Under the pieces are notes generated by a model that was given only the letters and a program-made list of their open reading frames with translations, made no database searches and had not been told where the DNA came from. Positions 1-8,961 of a stretch of 64,000 nucleotides of DNA are shown here, piece after piece (the stretch's first letter is position 1; every line of letters starts with the position of its first letter). Origin of the DNA: a virus. Lineage: Duplodnaviria > Caudoviricetes. Both the position numbers and the translations under genes were made by a program. The DNA lies in the IMG/VR virus record IMGVR_UViG_3300044984_000411, positions 307 to 64,306 of that record. One strand, 5' to 3'.

Positions 1-162
1 TTGTGCAGTACCTTTGCCAGATACAACATACCAAGTCTCACTACGATGCTTGTGTGTTTGTAGACTGATTCTTTTGCCAGCGTATATGTTTAATACTTTA
101 ACTTGGTAGCCTTCATCTGTTTTGACAACTTCATAGTTGCCCCATGGTCTGATGTTGTCCAT
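1..162 (-). CDS. Cupin, mannose-6-phosphate isomerase type II C-terminal-like (partial, runs off window)
   Basis: Manual translation from ATG at 162: MDNIRPWGNYEVVKTDEGYQVKVLNIYAGKRISLQTHKHRSETWYVVSGKGTAQ. RPWG and SLQxHxHRSExWxVVxG are ManC/PMI cupin motifs. Not in the ORF track. Confidence 0.8.
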   Translation of the reverse strand, partial: MDNIRPWGNYEVVKTDEGYQVKVLNIYAGKRISLQTHKHRSETWYVVSGKGTAQ

Positions 163-363
163 TTATACCAGCCATTTGACTACAGGGCAACAGGGGTCTC
201 CGCCCTCTTCCCAATCAGCCTCTTCTTCGGCTGTCATAAAGTTATCGCCATCGTGGGTCATACAGAATCCTTCTGTAATCCATCCTTTTTCAATACCAGT
301 TTGTAGCCAAGCAACGGCTTCTTCTGTTTGTTCATCTGTGAACACCTGACGTTCTATAGTCAT
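163..363 (-). CDS. Hypothetical acidic protein
   Basis: Track ORF 163..420. Likely start MTIERQ at 363, after an AGAGAGGG RBS and downstream of the promoter at 392-420. Confidence 0.65.
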   Translation of the reverse strand: MTIERQVFTDEQTEEAVAWLQTGIEKGWITEGFCMTHDGDNFMTAEEEADWEEGGDPCCPVVKWLV

Positions 364-391
364 AGTAAAACCCTCTCTAGGTAGTATATAC

Positions 392-420
392 ATTATACAC
401 CAACTAAAGAGGGCTGTCAA
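392..420 (-). promoter_or_regulatory. Consensus sigma70/SigA promoter
   Basis: TTGACA (420-415), 17-nt spacer, TATAAT (397-392) on the minus strand. Confidence 0.8.
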
Positions 421-693
421 CTACTTACCGTCGTTTTTGTCTACCTTGGCAAACGCTGCATTGATTTCATCCATGTCTAGTTTACCATCGTCAAGGAATG
501 CTCGTGCAAGTCTTTCAACCACAGTAGCAACACCGATGATACCTGCCATAGCAACTGCTGCGAGTAGGTCTACGCCAACTACAGCACCAGCACCAAGTAC
601 ACTTAGACCTGATGCAGCAAATACTGCAAGGATTCTCCAAAGAACGTTTTTAAGGGTGGACCATCCACCTGTTACGCCATAATCTTCTTCCAT
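421..693 (-). CDS. Small two-TM membrane protein (holin-like)
   Basis: MEEDYG start after an AGGAGG RBS, two hydrophobic segments, charged C-terminus. Confidence 0.6.
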   Translation of the reverse strand: MEEDYGVTGGWSTLKNVLWRILAVFAASGLSVLGAGAVVGVDLLAAVAMAGIIGVATVVERLARAFLDDGKLDMDEINAAFAKVDKNDGK

Positions 694-694
694 A

Positions 695-874
695 TTATTC
701 CTCCTCCTTATCTGCTGAATTTCTGAGTGGGTAGGATAGAACCCAGACACCCATTGTGCCAAGGATTGCCCATCCTACAATTTCTTTTGCCGAGCCTTCA
801 AGGACAAGCCAGGCAACAAACATACCAAGGAGTGTCCAAGCTTGACCAAGCATATCGTTTAAAAATTTCTTCAT
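695..874 (-). CDS. Small two-TM membrane protein
   Basis: MKKFLNDMLGQAWTLLGMFVAWLVL... with an AGGAGG RBS. Confidence 0.65.
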   Translation of the reverse strand: MKKFLNDMLGQAWTLLGMFVAWLVLEGSAKEIVGWAILGTMGVWVLSYPLRNSADKEEE

Positions 875-875
875 A

Positions 876-3317
876 TTATATCCTCCTTCTTGTTGTTCCG
901 CCTGAGCCACCTGATGGTGCTCCTGCTCCAGCTGCAGGGGCTGCTGCTGCTGTTAAAGCTGCTCCTGTTGCTGCGTTTACTGCTGCTCCAACTGCAACAA
1001 CTGCTGTAACAACTATCTTCTTAGATTCTTCACGCACCTGTGGTGACATATCTGAACCTACGTTACCCATAAAGTTAAGGGCTTCTGTAAGTGCTACAAC
1101 TGTTGCTCCAAGTACTGGAACAGCAGCCAATTCTTCATCTACTACGATGTCGTCAGCTTGGGCTACTAGGAATAAGGCATCAAGAGCCTGTTCATATTCT
1201 GGTGAGCCTTGTGTTGCTGTCTCAAATGTTTCCATTGCTGCTTCTGTTAGTTGCTCTACCTGAGTTTCTGTTAGTTCTTCTGGTTTAACTGCCTCAAGAT
1301 TTACGTCTGTAAGGTCTTCGATTACTTCTGGAATGTTTGGGTCTCCAATAGGTTCAGGGGTTGGTTCTGGCTCTGGTGTTGGAGTTGGTTCTGGGGTTGG
1401 GGTAGGCTTTGGCGGTTCTGTTGGTTCTGGGGTTGGTTCAATTACTGGCTCTTCATAAACTGGAATCTTCTTTAATTCCTCTTTTACTTTTTGTAGTAAT
1501 TCATATTTTTCTGTCACTGCTTGTTGCTTTACGAAAACTCTTTGCTCAACTGCCTGTAGTTCCAGCCTAATAGTATTTGTTAACTGTGTGTTGTTTGATA
1601 CTGCTATCTCTTGCTCTTCGACGGTAAGCTGTGTTTGCTCTTTAACTACCGCCTCTGCATCCAAAGTATCTTGAAGTTGATTTATAATCGTTGTACTATC
1701 TTCAATTATAGCAACCATATTATCTAAACTATCTTTTAGTTCATTTAATTCCGATTGTTGTGTAGTTAATTGTAATTGTTTTTGTGCAACTTCCAGCTGT
1801 TTTTGTGCGTATTCTGTTTGTAAAGTTTCTAGAACTGACTGGGCTACCACAAGAAGTGAATCCAGTGTTAGCACTGTTCCATTCTTATCTATTTTATTTT
1901 GTTCCTTTTGTTCAAGAATGTCTTGCTTGCTTTGCCAATCTTCAATTGCAGCATCGTATTCGTCAATAGCGTCAACGTAATTGTCATTAGCTACTGTCGA
2001 AGCTGTCATGGCAACGTCATACTCTTGCTGTGCATTTAAAAGTAGTGCTTGCTTTTGCTGCAAGATTGATAGTAGTGCTGGGTCATATTCATAAGTTGGC
2101 TGTGTAGGCTGATTCTGTGAAAGCCAGGCTGCAGGAACTACACCCCACCCTCTATCGGTATAGTAGTAAAGAATATTACAAGCTCCTCCACCCCACTCAA
2201 ACATCCATGCATCAATAGCGTATGATTGTCCTGCCTGTAGTGGCATAGGATTGCTCCAGTTACCGCCACACCCTTTTAGTGTCCAGTTATCATTTACGAC
2301 CGTTCCACCAATTGTCATGTGCCAGCCATCGTCAACCATAGCAAGAAATTCGTAGTTGTCTGTAGTTGGGACCGTGAGGTATCCTCTGTAGTGAATCATA
2401 ACGTAGTCAGCACCACAACCCTCAATGTCTCCGCCACCCCAATCTTTGTTGATTTGAGTAACTGTTATTGTTTTACAAAACGTGTAGGCTGTATCTGAGC
2501 GAATTGGATTTGGTGATGAAATTTGTTTATAAATATCTGCTTTTAACCCAGCAATGGTTGGCTGGGCGTTAGATGGATAAACTGCAATAAGGTTGTTGTT
2601 GTAGTTGTATTGTGCAGTATCTACAGCAGACTGTGCCTGTGTAAGATTGTTTAACTTAACTTGCAAGCTTGCTAGTGATTGATTGTATGCCACAGATGTG
2701 CTATCAACATTTGCACCCTTCTCGTGTACCGTTCCTACTGATAGGTTGTAGTTTAGCAATGCTACGTTATATTCGTTTACTGCTACGCTATAGTCTTGTT
2801 CTGACTGTTGTTTTTGGAGAGTTAAATCATTTAAAGATTCTTCAGAGTTTATCATGTCGGTAAATGCTTTGTCCATGTCTTGTGTGGCTTCATCTAGTTC
2901 TTGGGATGCTACAGTTACCTGCGAAGATTTTGCTAGGATGTCTTGAGAGATTTCTTCAAGTGCAGATTGCTTTTGTTCTACCAGGGCTTGTGCATTGGCA
3001 AGGCTTTGCTGTGCTTCTGCGACTCTCTGAGACTGTGTATTATTAGCCTCAATTGCTACGTTAAGTGACGCTTGAGCATCCTCTAAAGCCTTCTGAGCGT
3101 CTCCTAGTGACGTTTCTGTGGCTGTCTTTGAGTTATTTAGGGCTACTAAGTCTTGCTGCTGTTGCTCTAGTTCTGCTTGTGCTGCATCAACTTTTTGCTG
3201 TGCTTCAGCAAGCAGTGTCTCGTACTCTGCTTTGGTTATACCAAATGCAGGACTAGACATCATCAGTGGGGTTAAAGCTAGCATTATTACTAGCACTGTG
3301 TGTATAAGTTTTTTTAT
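876..3317 (-). CDS. Secreted or membrane-anchored coiled-coil protein with PA14 domain and PT/PE linker
   Basis: Signal peptide (...SSPAFG), long heptad coiled coils, PA14 motifs (YRGYLTVP, VDDG, WMFEWGGGA), PEPTP repeats, C-terminal TM followed by RRRI. Probable ATA start at 3317; track start is 3296. Confidence 0.75.
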   Translation of the reverse strand: MKKLIHTVLVIMLALTPLMMSSPAFGITKAEYETLLAEAQQKVDAAQAELEQQQQDLVALNNSKTATETSLGDAQKALEDAQASLNVAIEANNTQSQRVAEAQQSLANAQALVEQKQSALEEISQDILAKSSQVTVASQELDEATQDMDKAFTDMINSEESLNDLTLQKQQSEQDYSVAVNEYNVALLNYNLSVGTVHEKGANVDSTSVAYNQSLASLQVKLNNLTQAQSAVDTAQYNYNNNLIAVYPSNAQPTIAGLKADIYKQISSPNPIRSDTAYTFCKTITVTQINKDWGGGDIEGCGADYVMIHYRGYLTVPTTDNYEFLAMVDDGWHMTIGGTVVNDNWTLKGCGGNWSNPMPLQAGQSYAIDAWMFEWGGGACNILYYYTDRGWGVVPAAWLSQNQPTQPTYEYDPALLSILQQKQALLLNAQQEYDVAMTASTVANDNYVDAIDEYDAAIEDWQSKQDILEQKEQNKIDKNGTVLTLDSLLVVAQSVLETLQTEYAQKQLEVAQKQLQLTTQQSELNELKDSLDNMVAIIEDSTTIINQLQDTLDAEAVVKEQTQLTVEEQEIAVSNNTQLTNTIRLELQAVEQRVFVKQQAVTEKYELLQKVKEELKKIPVYEEPVIEPTPEPTEPPKPTPTPEPTPTPEPEPTPEPIGDPNIPEVIEDLTDVNLEAVKPEELTETQVEQLTEAAMETFETATQGSPEYEQALDALFLVAQADDIVVDEELAAVPVLGATVVALTEALNFMGNVGSDMSPQVREESKKIVVTAVVAVGAAVNAATGAALTAAAAPAAGAGAPSGGSGGTTRRRI

Positions 3318-3365
3318 TTTTCCGTTCTCCTAGTGGGGAAGTTCCCCAACAGTACCATTATACCA

Positions 3366-3533
3366 TCATTGGTAGGATAGATTTTGATTTTGATTGGTTG
3401 GAGGCATCTTACTTTGCCTATCGTATCTTGTAGGACTTATCTTTTGTTGGCTTTTGAGCAGGTTTCTAGGTCTTCTTAGGTGTAAATGTTGGCTTTCACG
3501 CATATGAAATGGTTGCCAGTTACGGTTGACCAT
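3366..3533 (-). CDS. Small basic hypothetical protein (55 aa)
   Basis: Manual ORF MVNRNWQPFHMRESQHLHLRRPR... with AGGAA RBS and a TATAAT at about 3550-3555. Fills the intergenic gap. Confidence 0.45.
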   Translation of the reverse strand: MVNRNWQPFHMRESQHLHLRRPRNLLKSQQKISPTRYDRQSKMPPTNQNQNLSYQ

Positions 3534-3550
3534 AGTTCCTCATGCTAATA

Positions 3551-5338
3551 TTATAGCACGTTGAATTGAGATAAATACTCTTTAGCCTCTTCTTGAAGCT
3601 TTGGTTCAAAGACAATTGTGTTTTCTGGCAATGTGTTTTTGTCTACCTTCGGTCTATCCCTAAATGTATGAATATCTACCTGTTGATTAACGTTTCTAGG
3701 GGTATGGGAGATAGCCCCAAACACTGCTCCACACACAGCATCCGCCAAGTCCTTAGAAGATTTGCGAGGGTGGTCTACACGATTGTTCTTAACAATCTTT
3801 AGCTCAGTTAACTCTTCAAACAGAAGTTCAATATTTGGCATAACTAAACGTTCTTCGTAAACTAGCATAGCCATATCTTCATAATGCTTCTTTGCAACAG
3901 AAACAGTATCAGTTCTAATTCCAACAGACTTAAGTTCATTTTGGATATCGAAGGAGTTCCATCGGTCAAAAGATACTAAGCCAATGTTAAATCCCAGTCT
4001 CCGTAGGTTTTGAATCCACTGTTTAACCTCTGATAGGTTTACAGGACCCTCTCTACGAGGCTCCCACCATGCTACAGCGTCTACTACAACTACTGGGACT
4101 ACTTGCTCATAATCTTTAATTACCTGAACAGACACCCACTTTTCTACGTGAGCAATAGCAACAGCACATTTGTCGTGTCGCTGTGCAAGGTCAGCATGAA
4201 CAAAGTAGGTCTTGTCTGGGTCTGGCACAAACGTTTCATCAAAGCGTCTGATGCTATCTAGTGGATTTCTAGTGGTCATACAGGCTCTAACCTTTTCCTG
4301 CTGCTTAAAGAATGCATCTGAAGCATAGGTTGGAATACAGGCAAAGCGTTGCATGGCATCGCCAAGGTCTGTATAGAATGCAAGCTTGAAGTCGTCAATC
4401 TTACGAGTAGGGTTTACAACCCAGGTTGGTCGCTTAAGTGCAAATACCCCTGGATACTTGTATGAAACAATCGTGTCTTCATCCCACTCAATATCTAGCG
4501 AGTTTCCTTCTGCATCTTCTGGCAAGTCTGGATTCATAATAAACTTGTGAGTCTTTGTTATAACATCTTTCTCAGCAATTACAGCATCGTATCTTTGAGA
4601 AATAAAGTCTCCTGGGTAACGAGGGAATGATAGCAGGGCTACTTTACCTAGGTCTGGAAAACGAGAGTCTACCGAAGCACGGAAGGCTTTGTAGATGTTG
4701 TCAGCAGTTTTACCTTGGTCATTTCCAGTATTTACTTCCTGAGCAAAACCAGAAATCTCGTCAAGCACTGCTAGAAGCAAGTTAAGACCCTCGTGAGATT
4801 CACGCTCTGAGTGACCAGAATAAACCGTAATGGAATGGTCAAACTCAATGCTGTCTGCCTTGGCATAAAACTTTCCAGCAAACCAAGGTGAGCGTTCAAT
4901 CTTAGATTTAAATCCCTTAAAGAAAACGTTCTTTGCCTGTTGTGCGTTAATAGCAACGTTGATGATGTCAATAGCGTCACCAGATGGCTTTCCAAAATAT
5001 CGTGCTGGGTCTTTAAGACAAAGTAGTTTGTAAACAATGTATGCACACGCTACTGTAGATGTAAAGTCTTTTCCAGAACCTTTACCAAGCTGTAGGATAA
5101 CCTCATTCTTTGTGTATTTCTTGTAGTACCTGCGACCTTCTGTGTCGCCCATAATGTCAATCAAATCTTCTAGCTTATAGATTTGACTCATTGCTTCAAC
5201 AATGTCATACTGAACTTCAGACAGCGGTGGCTGTCCTAGATAATCTGCACCCTCTACGAATGTGCGAGCATCTACTGGTGTTTCAGCAAAGTTATTGTTC
5301 TTTAGAACTTCAAAGAACTCATTAAACATTGTTGACAA
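3551..5338 (-). CDS. terL: Terminase large subunit
   Basis: Walker A LGKGSGKD, Walker B AVLDE, RNase H-like nuclease motifs HADLA, FDRW and KDLADA. Confidence 0.9.
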   Translation of the reverse strand: MSTMFNEFFEVLKNNNFAETPVDARTFVEGADYLGQPPLSEVQYDIVEAMSQIYKLEDLIDIMGDTEGRRYYKKYTKNEVILQLGKGSGKDFTSTVACAYIVYKLLCLKDPARYFGKPSGDAIDIINVAINAQQAKNVFFKGFKSKIERSPWFAGKFYAKADSIEFDHSITVYSGHSERESHEGLNLLLAVLDEISGFAQEVNTGNDQGKTADNIYKAFRASVDSRFPDLGKVALLSFPRYPGDFISQRYDAVIAEKDVITKTHKFIMNPDLPEDAEGNSLDIEWDEDTIVSYKYPGVFALKRPTWVVNPTRKIDDFKLAFYTDLGDAMQRFACIPTYASDAFFKQQEKVRACMTTRNPLDSIRRFDETFVPDPDKTYFVHADLAQRHDKCAVAIAHVEKWVSVQVIKDYEQVVPVVVVDAVAWWEPRREGPVNLSEVKQWIQNLRRLGFNIGLVSFDRWNSFDIQNELKSVGIRTDTVSVAKKHYEDMAMLVYEERLVMPNIELLFEELTELKIVKNNRVDHPRKSSKDLADAVCGAVFGAISHTPRNVNQQVDIHTFRDRPKVDKNTLPENTIVFEPKLQEEAKEYLSQFNVL

Positions 5339-5855
5339 TAGTTATGACCTCTTGTTCTTTAGATACCTGCGACAGCCTACGCATAATCTCGTCACGAATT
5401 TGTGGATATTCACTAGCAATATCACGAAGGATGTTTACTAGGATATCCTGCTTACGCTCAATCTCTAGCATCTCTTCTGCTAGCTCTTTGTTCTCAAGCA
5501 AACCAGCTTTCTGTAGCATATCAATACGAGTCTTCTCAAGGTCCATTACCAGCTTAATACCTGCAGTCTTAGCCCCTAGGTTTGCTGTGGTGGTTGCTTC
5601 GTCAATAACTTCGTACGCCTTGCTAATTAGCTTGCTGTAGTGTGTATCAGCACCTGCCAATGCCTCTTTAGCTCTAGCACGAATAGCAGCGTTGTCAGAA
5701 GCCAGGGTACGCCACTGAGTAATGTGTGCCATTACCTTTTGTCTTGGCAAGGCTAACGCTTTTGAAATTTGGGTAGGCTCTTCGCCCTGGAGATACTTCT
5801 CCACAACTTTGTTCATCTCATCTAGATGCTCAACTGTTAAGTCTTCAATCGACAC
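5322..5855 (-). CDS. Putative terminase small subunit (N-terminal HTH, helical)
   Basis: Directly upstream of terL with HTH-like PTQISKALALPRQKV. GTG start at about 5855. Confidence 0.55.
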   Translation of the reverse strand: MSIEDLTVEHLDEMNKVVEKYLQGEEPTQISKALALPRQKVMAHITQWRTLASDNAAIRARAKEALAGADTHYSKLISKAYEVIDEATTTANLGAKTAGIKLVMDLEKTRIDMLQKAGLLENKELAEEMLEIERKQDILVNILRDIASEYPQIRDEIMRRLSQVSKEQEVITIVNNV

Positions 5856-6135
5856 GCTTACTCCTCTTGCCCTTTGTTGGTACACGCTTTACACGCTCTA
5901 CCTTAAAAGAACGGAACACGGATGGTACCTTGTTGATAATTTCAAAACAGTCTACCCACTGAGCACCAGTCTCAGTATTAGTCACAAAGTATTCAAACTT
6001 AAACTTGCCACCGTATTCATCCTTTACTTTAATTGTATCACCACGATTGATTTCAAATCCATTAATTACAACAGAGTTTTCTCTACTAAACTTAGTAGCA
6101 ATAACTGGTGTGACATATTTTTTCCTGCGTCCCAT
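5845..6135 (-). CDS. Hypothetical basic beta-rich protein
   Basis: 96-aa ORF, translationally coupled to its neighbours. Confidence 0.65.
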   Translation of the reverse strand: MGRRKKYVTPVIATKFSRENSVVINGFEINRGDTIKVKDEYGGKFKFEYFVTNTETGAQWVDCFEIINKVPSVFRSFKVERVKRVPTKGKRSKRVD

Positions 6136-6374
6136 TACTTACTCTCTCCCTGTAGTCGTTTAATCTCGTCTTGGATGTAAAAGATAGCTTTCTCTAAATC
6201 TTGAATAGTCTTTTTCTCGTCTTTGAGTCCTGCTCGCCAAAGATATTTGAATGCGTTACCAACATTAAAGTTGCGGTGTCTAGTAATTTGAATACACTCA
6301 ACACCGCTGGGGTCAGAGGTATAGTGTGGTGGGTGGTTTACTTGGTCTACTGTAATCTTTAGGTTGTCGCTCAT
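6135..6374 (-). CDS. DUF3310 / SaV-like protein
   Basis: VNHPPHY...ECI...GNAFKYLWRAGLK...QDLEKAIFYI signature. Confidence 0.85.
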   Translation of the reverse strand: MSDNLKITVDQVNHPPHYTSDPSGVECIQITRHRNFNVGNAFKYLWRAGLKDEKKTIQDLEKAIFYIQDEIKRLQGESK

Positions 6375-6526
6375 CTTTTTGATTTCCTTAATCCGAACTT
6401 GGCTAGATAGACGTAGATTGTTTCCACGCTAGTACCGCATTCTTTTGCAATCTCTTGTGGTGTTTTTTTATCGGCATGGAAGCGTTTCTTTAACCATGCT
6501 TCACTAGTATACAGTTTATTTGCCAT
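6371..6526 (-). CDS. Small HTH DNA-binding protein
   Basis: MANKLYTSEAWL...TPQEIAKECGTSVETIYVYLAKFGL. Confidence 0.7.
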   Translation of the reverse strand: MANKLYTSEAWLKKRFHADKKTPQEIAKECGTSVETIYVYLAKFGLRKSKR

Positions 6527-6530
6527 AATG

Positions 6531-7106
6531 TCAATACCCAAATGCCTTTTCCCAGTTTGATAGTGCCCAGTGTCCGATTGCACAAGCATCCGCAACATCA
6601 TCATCTGTTAGTTCTTTGTCATAGTTTATATTAACAAAGTTGATTGTTCTCTGCTTACGAATGGAGCGTTCTTCATTTTTAAACCAAGACACAGACTTGC
6701 CAGGATTCTTCTTAGCAATCTCTGCCTTTTCTTCTTTGGTTAGTTTCTTGTTACCAATAAAGTTCTGCCATGTCATTGGAGATACGGAACCGATTCTCTT
6801 TACCCCAGCCATTCCTGCAGCCCCTAGCAATGCTCCCTGCAGCGTAGCAAGCTGTGCTGCTGTCTTAGGGCTGTTCATAAATACCGTGTGCTCAATAATA
6901 ACTGCATCAAAATCAAACTTATCAAAGAAGGCTTTTGTCTTCTTGGCAGCATCCATTACCTTATCGAAGGTTGTAACGCCAGCAAAGTTAATCTTGCCAC
7001 AAGCAATAATCTTTTTGCCATCAAATACAGCAAATGCCAGGCTATTTGTGCTAGCGTCAATAGCACAGAACTTCTTTGGTTTCTCTTTTAGCTTACTTAG
7101 ATTCAT
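6531..7106 (-). CDS. RuvC-like Holliday junction resolvase
   Basis: AIDASTNSLAFA, IIE and DDVADACAIG form the RNase H-fold catalytic pattern. Confidence 0.8.
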   Translation of the reverse strand: MNLSKLKEKPKKFCAIDASTNSLAFAVFDGKKIIACGKINFAGVTTFDKVMDAAKKTKAFFDKFDFDAVIIEHTVFMNSPKTAAQLATLQGALLGAAGMAGVKRIGSVSPMTWQNFIGNKKLTKEEKAEIAKKNPGKSVSWFKNEERSIRKQRTINFVNINYDKELTDDDVADACAIGHWALSNWEKAFGY

Positions 7107-7383
7107 CGTTGAGCATCCTTTTTATGTCTTTAAGTGCTTTAGAAACATCGCTTGGATTAACATCACAAAGCTCACACAACTGAGTATCATTATACATTGA
7201 CAAGAGGTTTCCACAAGACTTGCAGAACCTTTTTACCAATGCCCTCTTTTTTGTTCGCTCCTGTATGTAGCGTTGAGCAATCTTTTCTTTAGTTGCTAAC
7301 GCCCTACAGTCTGCAGAACAGTAAATCTGATACTTTACTTTTTGTGTGAACTTGTTGTCGCACCAATCACAATGCTTTATCAT
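7093..7383 (-). CDS. Zinc-finger protein
   Basis: CDWC, YCSADC, CKSC and CELC cysteine pairs. Confidence 0.65.
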   Translation of the reverse strand: MIKHCDWCDNKFTQKVKYQIYCSADCRALATKEKIAQRYIQERTKKRALVKRFCKSCGNLLSMYNDTQLCELCDVNPSDVSKALKDIKRMLNDESK

Positions 7384-8167
7384 CCAATGGCTCCAGAGAT
7401 TTGATTTTAATCACTCCAGAACCAGCATTGTTACACGCATCCTTGATAGGACAGGTCTTACAAATCTTAGAATTTGAGCGATAGTTTTTCTCTGGCAGGG
7501 TCTTGTCTTCCCAAGCCTTTCGAACATTTCTCATCCACTCAAAAGCGTTCTCTACCCACTTAAAATAGTATTCATTCAACTCAACAGGGAAGATTAGCAA
7601 CTCGTGATTGTTTTTGTTTTCATAAATCAGAATTGCTTTGCTTCTGTTAAGAATCTTCATATAGATAAGCAACTGGATAAGGTGTCCAGTCTTTGGCTTA
7701 CCTGCAATCTTGCGATACTCAAAGCCTTCGTTAGGCATGGTCTTGATTTCACCAAGCAGGTCCATACCTTCCCAGTCAAGAATAACGTCACCATATCCAA
7801 AGATTGGTGGGTCGTCATAGGTGACTTTGAACTCTGAGTCTTTTAGGATACCTGCGTTGCCCATAGCTTCCTGGATACGTTCGTGTGACTTTGTACCAGC
7901 AGTCATGTTTGCTCCGCCATAGGCATCTGCATTGTCAGTAAACACAGCACCCTCAAAGGCTAGATACCAGTAACGAGGACATTCTCCATGAGAGAACGCA
8001 ATTGTACTTGGTGCAAATGTTTTTTTAGTTTGAAACTTATCAACACGGTTTACAATATATCCGCTTTGAATCTTTTCAATTAGTCCCTGTTTGTCAAGGA
8101 ACGAAGGCTGTGAAGAAATCTTGTCTTCTACCTTAAGCATTACCTGTTGCAATAAACTTTTTGCCAT
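7367..8167 (-). CDS. Cas4-like PD-(D/E)XK exonuclease
   Basis: CPRY, GTKSHE, GYGD, EIKT, QLLIY and C-terminal CKTCPIKDAC (Fe-S-type cysteines). Confidence 0.8.
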   Translation of the reverse strand: MAKSLLQQVMLKVEDKISSQPSFLDKQGLIEKIQSGYIVNRVDKFQTKKTFAPSTIAFSHGECPRYWYLAFEGAVFTDNADAYGGANMTAGTKSHERIQEAMGNAGILKDSEFKVTYDDPPIFGYGDVILDWEGMDLLGEIKTMPNEGFEYRKIAGKPKTGHLIQLLIYMKILNRSKAILIYENKNNHELLIFPVELNEYYFKWVENAFEWMRNVRKAWEDKTLPEKNYRSNSKICKTCPIKDACNNAGSGVIKIKSLEPLDDKAL

Positions 8168-8174
8168 ATCAACA

Positions 8175-8483
8175 CTAGCGAGTGATATATTTAAGAGCCG
8201 ATACGAGGTTGTTGATAGCCTCAGCAGCGGTGTAATAAATATTCTTTTTCGCTCTGTCTCCTTTTTCTACGTTAGTTAGCCATGTGGCTTTGAAGGACAT
8301 TTTAGCTGCAATTGCTTGCAAGCGTACAATCTCCACGGTTGCAACATTTAGTGGAATATCTGGCTTGAGAATAAGCTTTGCAATGAAGGTAAGTGCTGTT
8401 GCAAGCTCTTCGTCTTCCATGTAATCAGCAATCTCTGACAAGCCATTGATTTGTTCAATCGTTGTTTTTGTTTCTGTTTCCAA
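8175..8483 (-). CDS. Hypothetical helical protein
   Basis: 102-aa ORF inside the recombination operon. Confidence 0.65.
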   Translation of the reverse strand: METETKTTIEQINGLSEIADYMEDEELATALTFIAKLILKPDIPLNVATVEIVRLQAIAAKMSFKATWLTNVEKGDRAKKNIYYTAAEAINNLVSALKYITR

Positions 8484-8510
8484 GTTAATTCCTTAATCGT
8501 TGTAGTTCTA

Positions 8511-8798
8511 TTATACACCATCAGATAGGATTTGTTCAAGTAGGGAAAGTTCTATTACTGCCAGTCTTGTTTTAATACCTGAGTCTCCAAGTACCACCAC
8601 AATAGCAGGGTCATTGCCATTACGGATAGCATCCGTAACAGCCTTAGCCCATACCTCTTTGTTTAGTGTAAAAGACTTGCCAACCTCTTTGAAATCAACT
8701 GTGAAGTTTTCCCAAGAAGCATCGCCCTTATGAGTTCCACGACCAGAGTTCTTGTGCTGTTTAGCACCAATACGCTTACTCTCGCTCTTCTCGCTCAA
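8511..8798 (-). CDS. PD-(D/E)XK nuclease, Hjc-like resolvase
   Basis: SE...SGRG..KGD...VDFKE pattern. TTG start at 8798 after AGGGAG. Confidence 0.6.
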   Translation of the reverse strand: MSEKSESKRIGAKQHKNSGRGTHKGDASWENFTVDFKEVGKSFTLNKEVWAKAVTDAIRNGNDPAIVVVLGDSGIKTRLAVIELSLLEQILSDGV

Positions 8799-8961
8799 AG
8801 TCTCCCTTTCTCTTTTTCTTTGCAAAGCTTACAACGCTAACGTGCTTTTCAGGACACATCCAGGTTAGCTCCTTAGTGCTTGGATAAGAGCGTAGGCTCT
8901 TCACCTCAGCCTTGCAGGTGTGACAAACAAACTTACCTTGGTAGATGTTATACTTCGCCAT
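8776..8961 (-). CDS. Zn-ribbon protein
   Basis: CHTC and CPEKH motifs. Confidence 0.55.
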   Translation of the reverse strand: MAKYNIYQGKFVCHTCKAEVKSLRSYPSTKELTWMCPEKHVSVVSFAKKKRKGDFEREERE

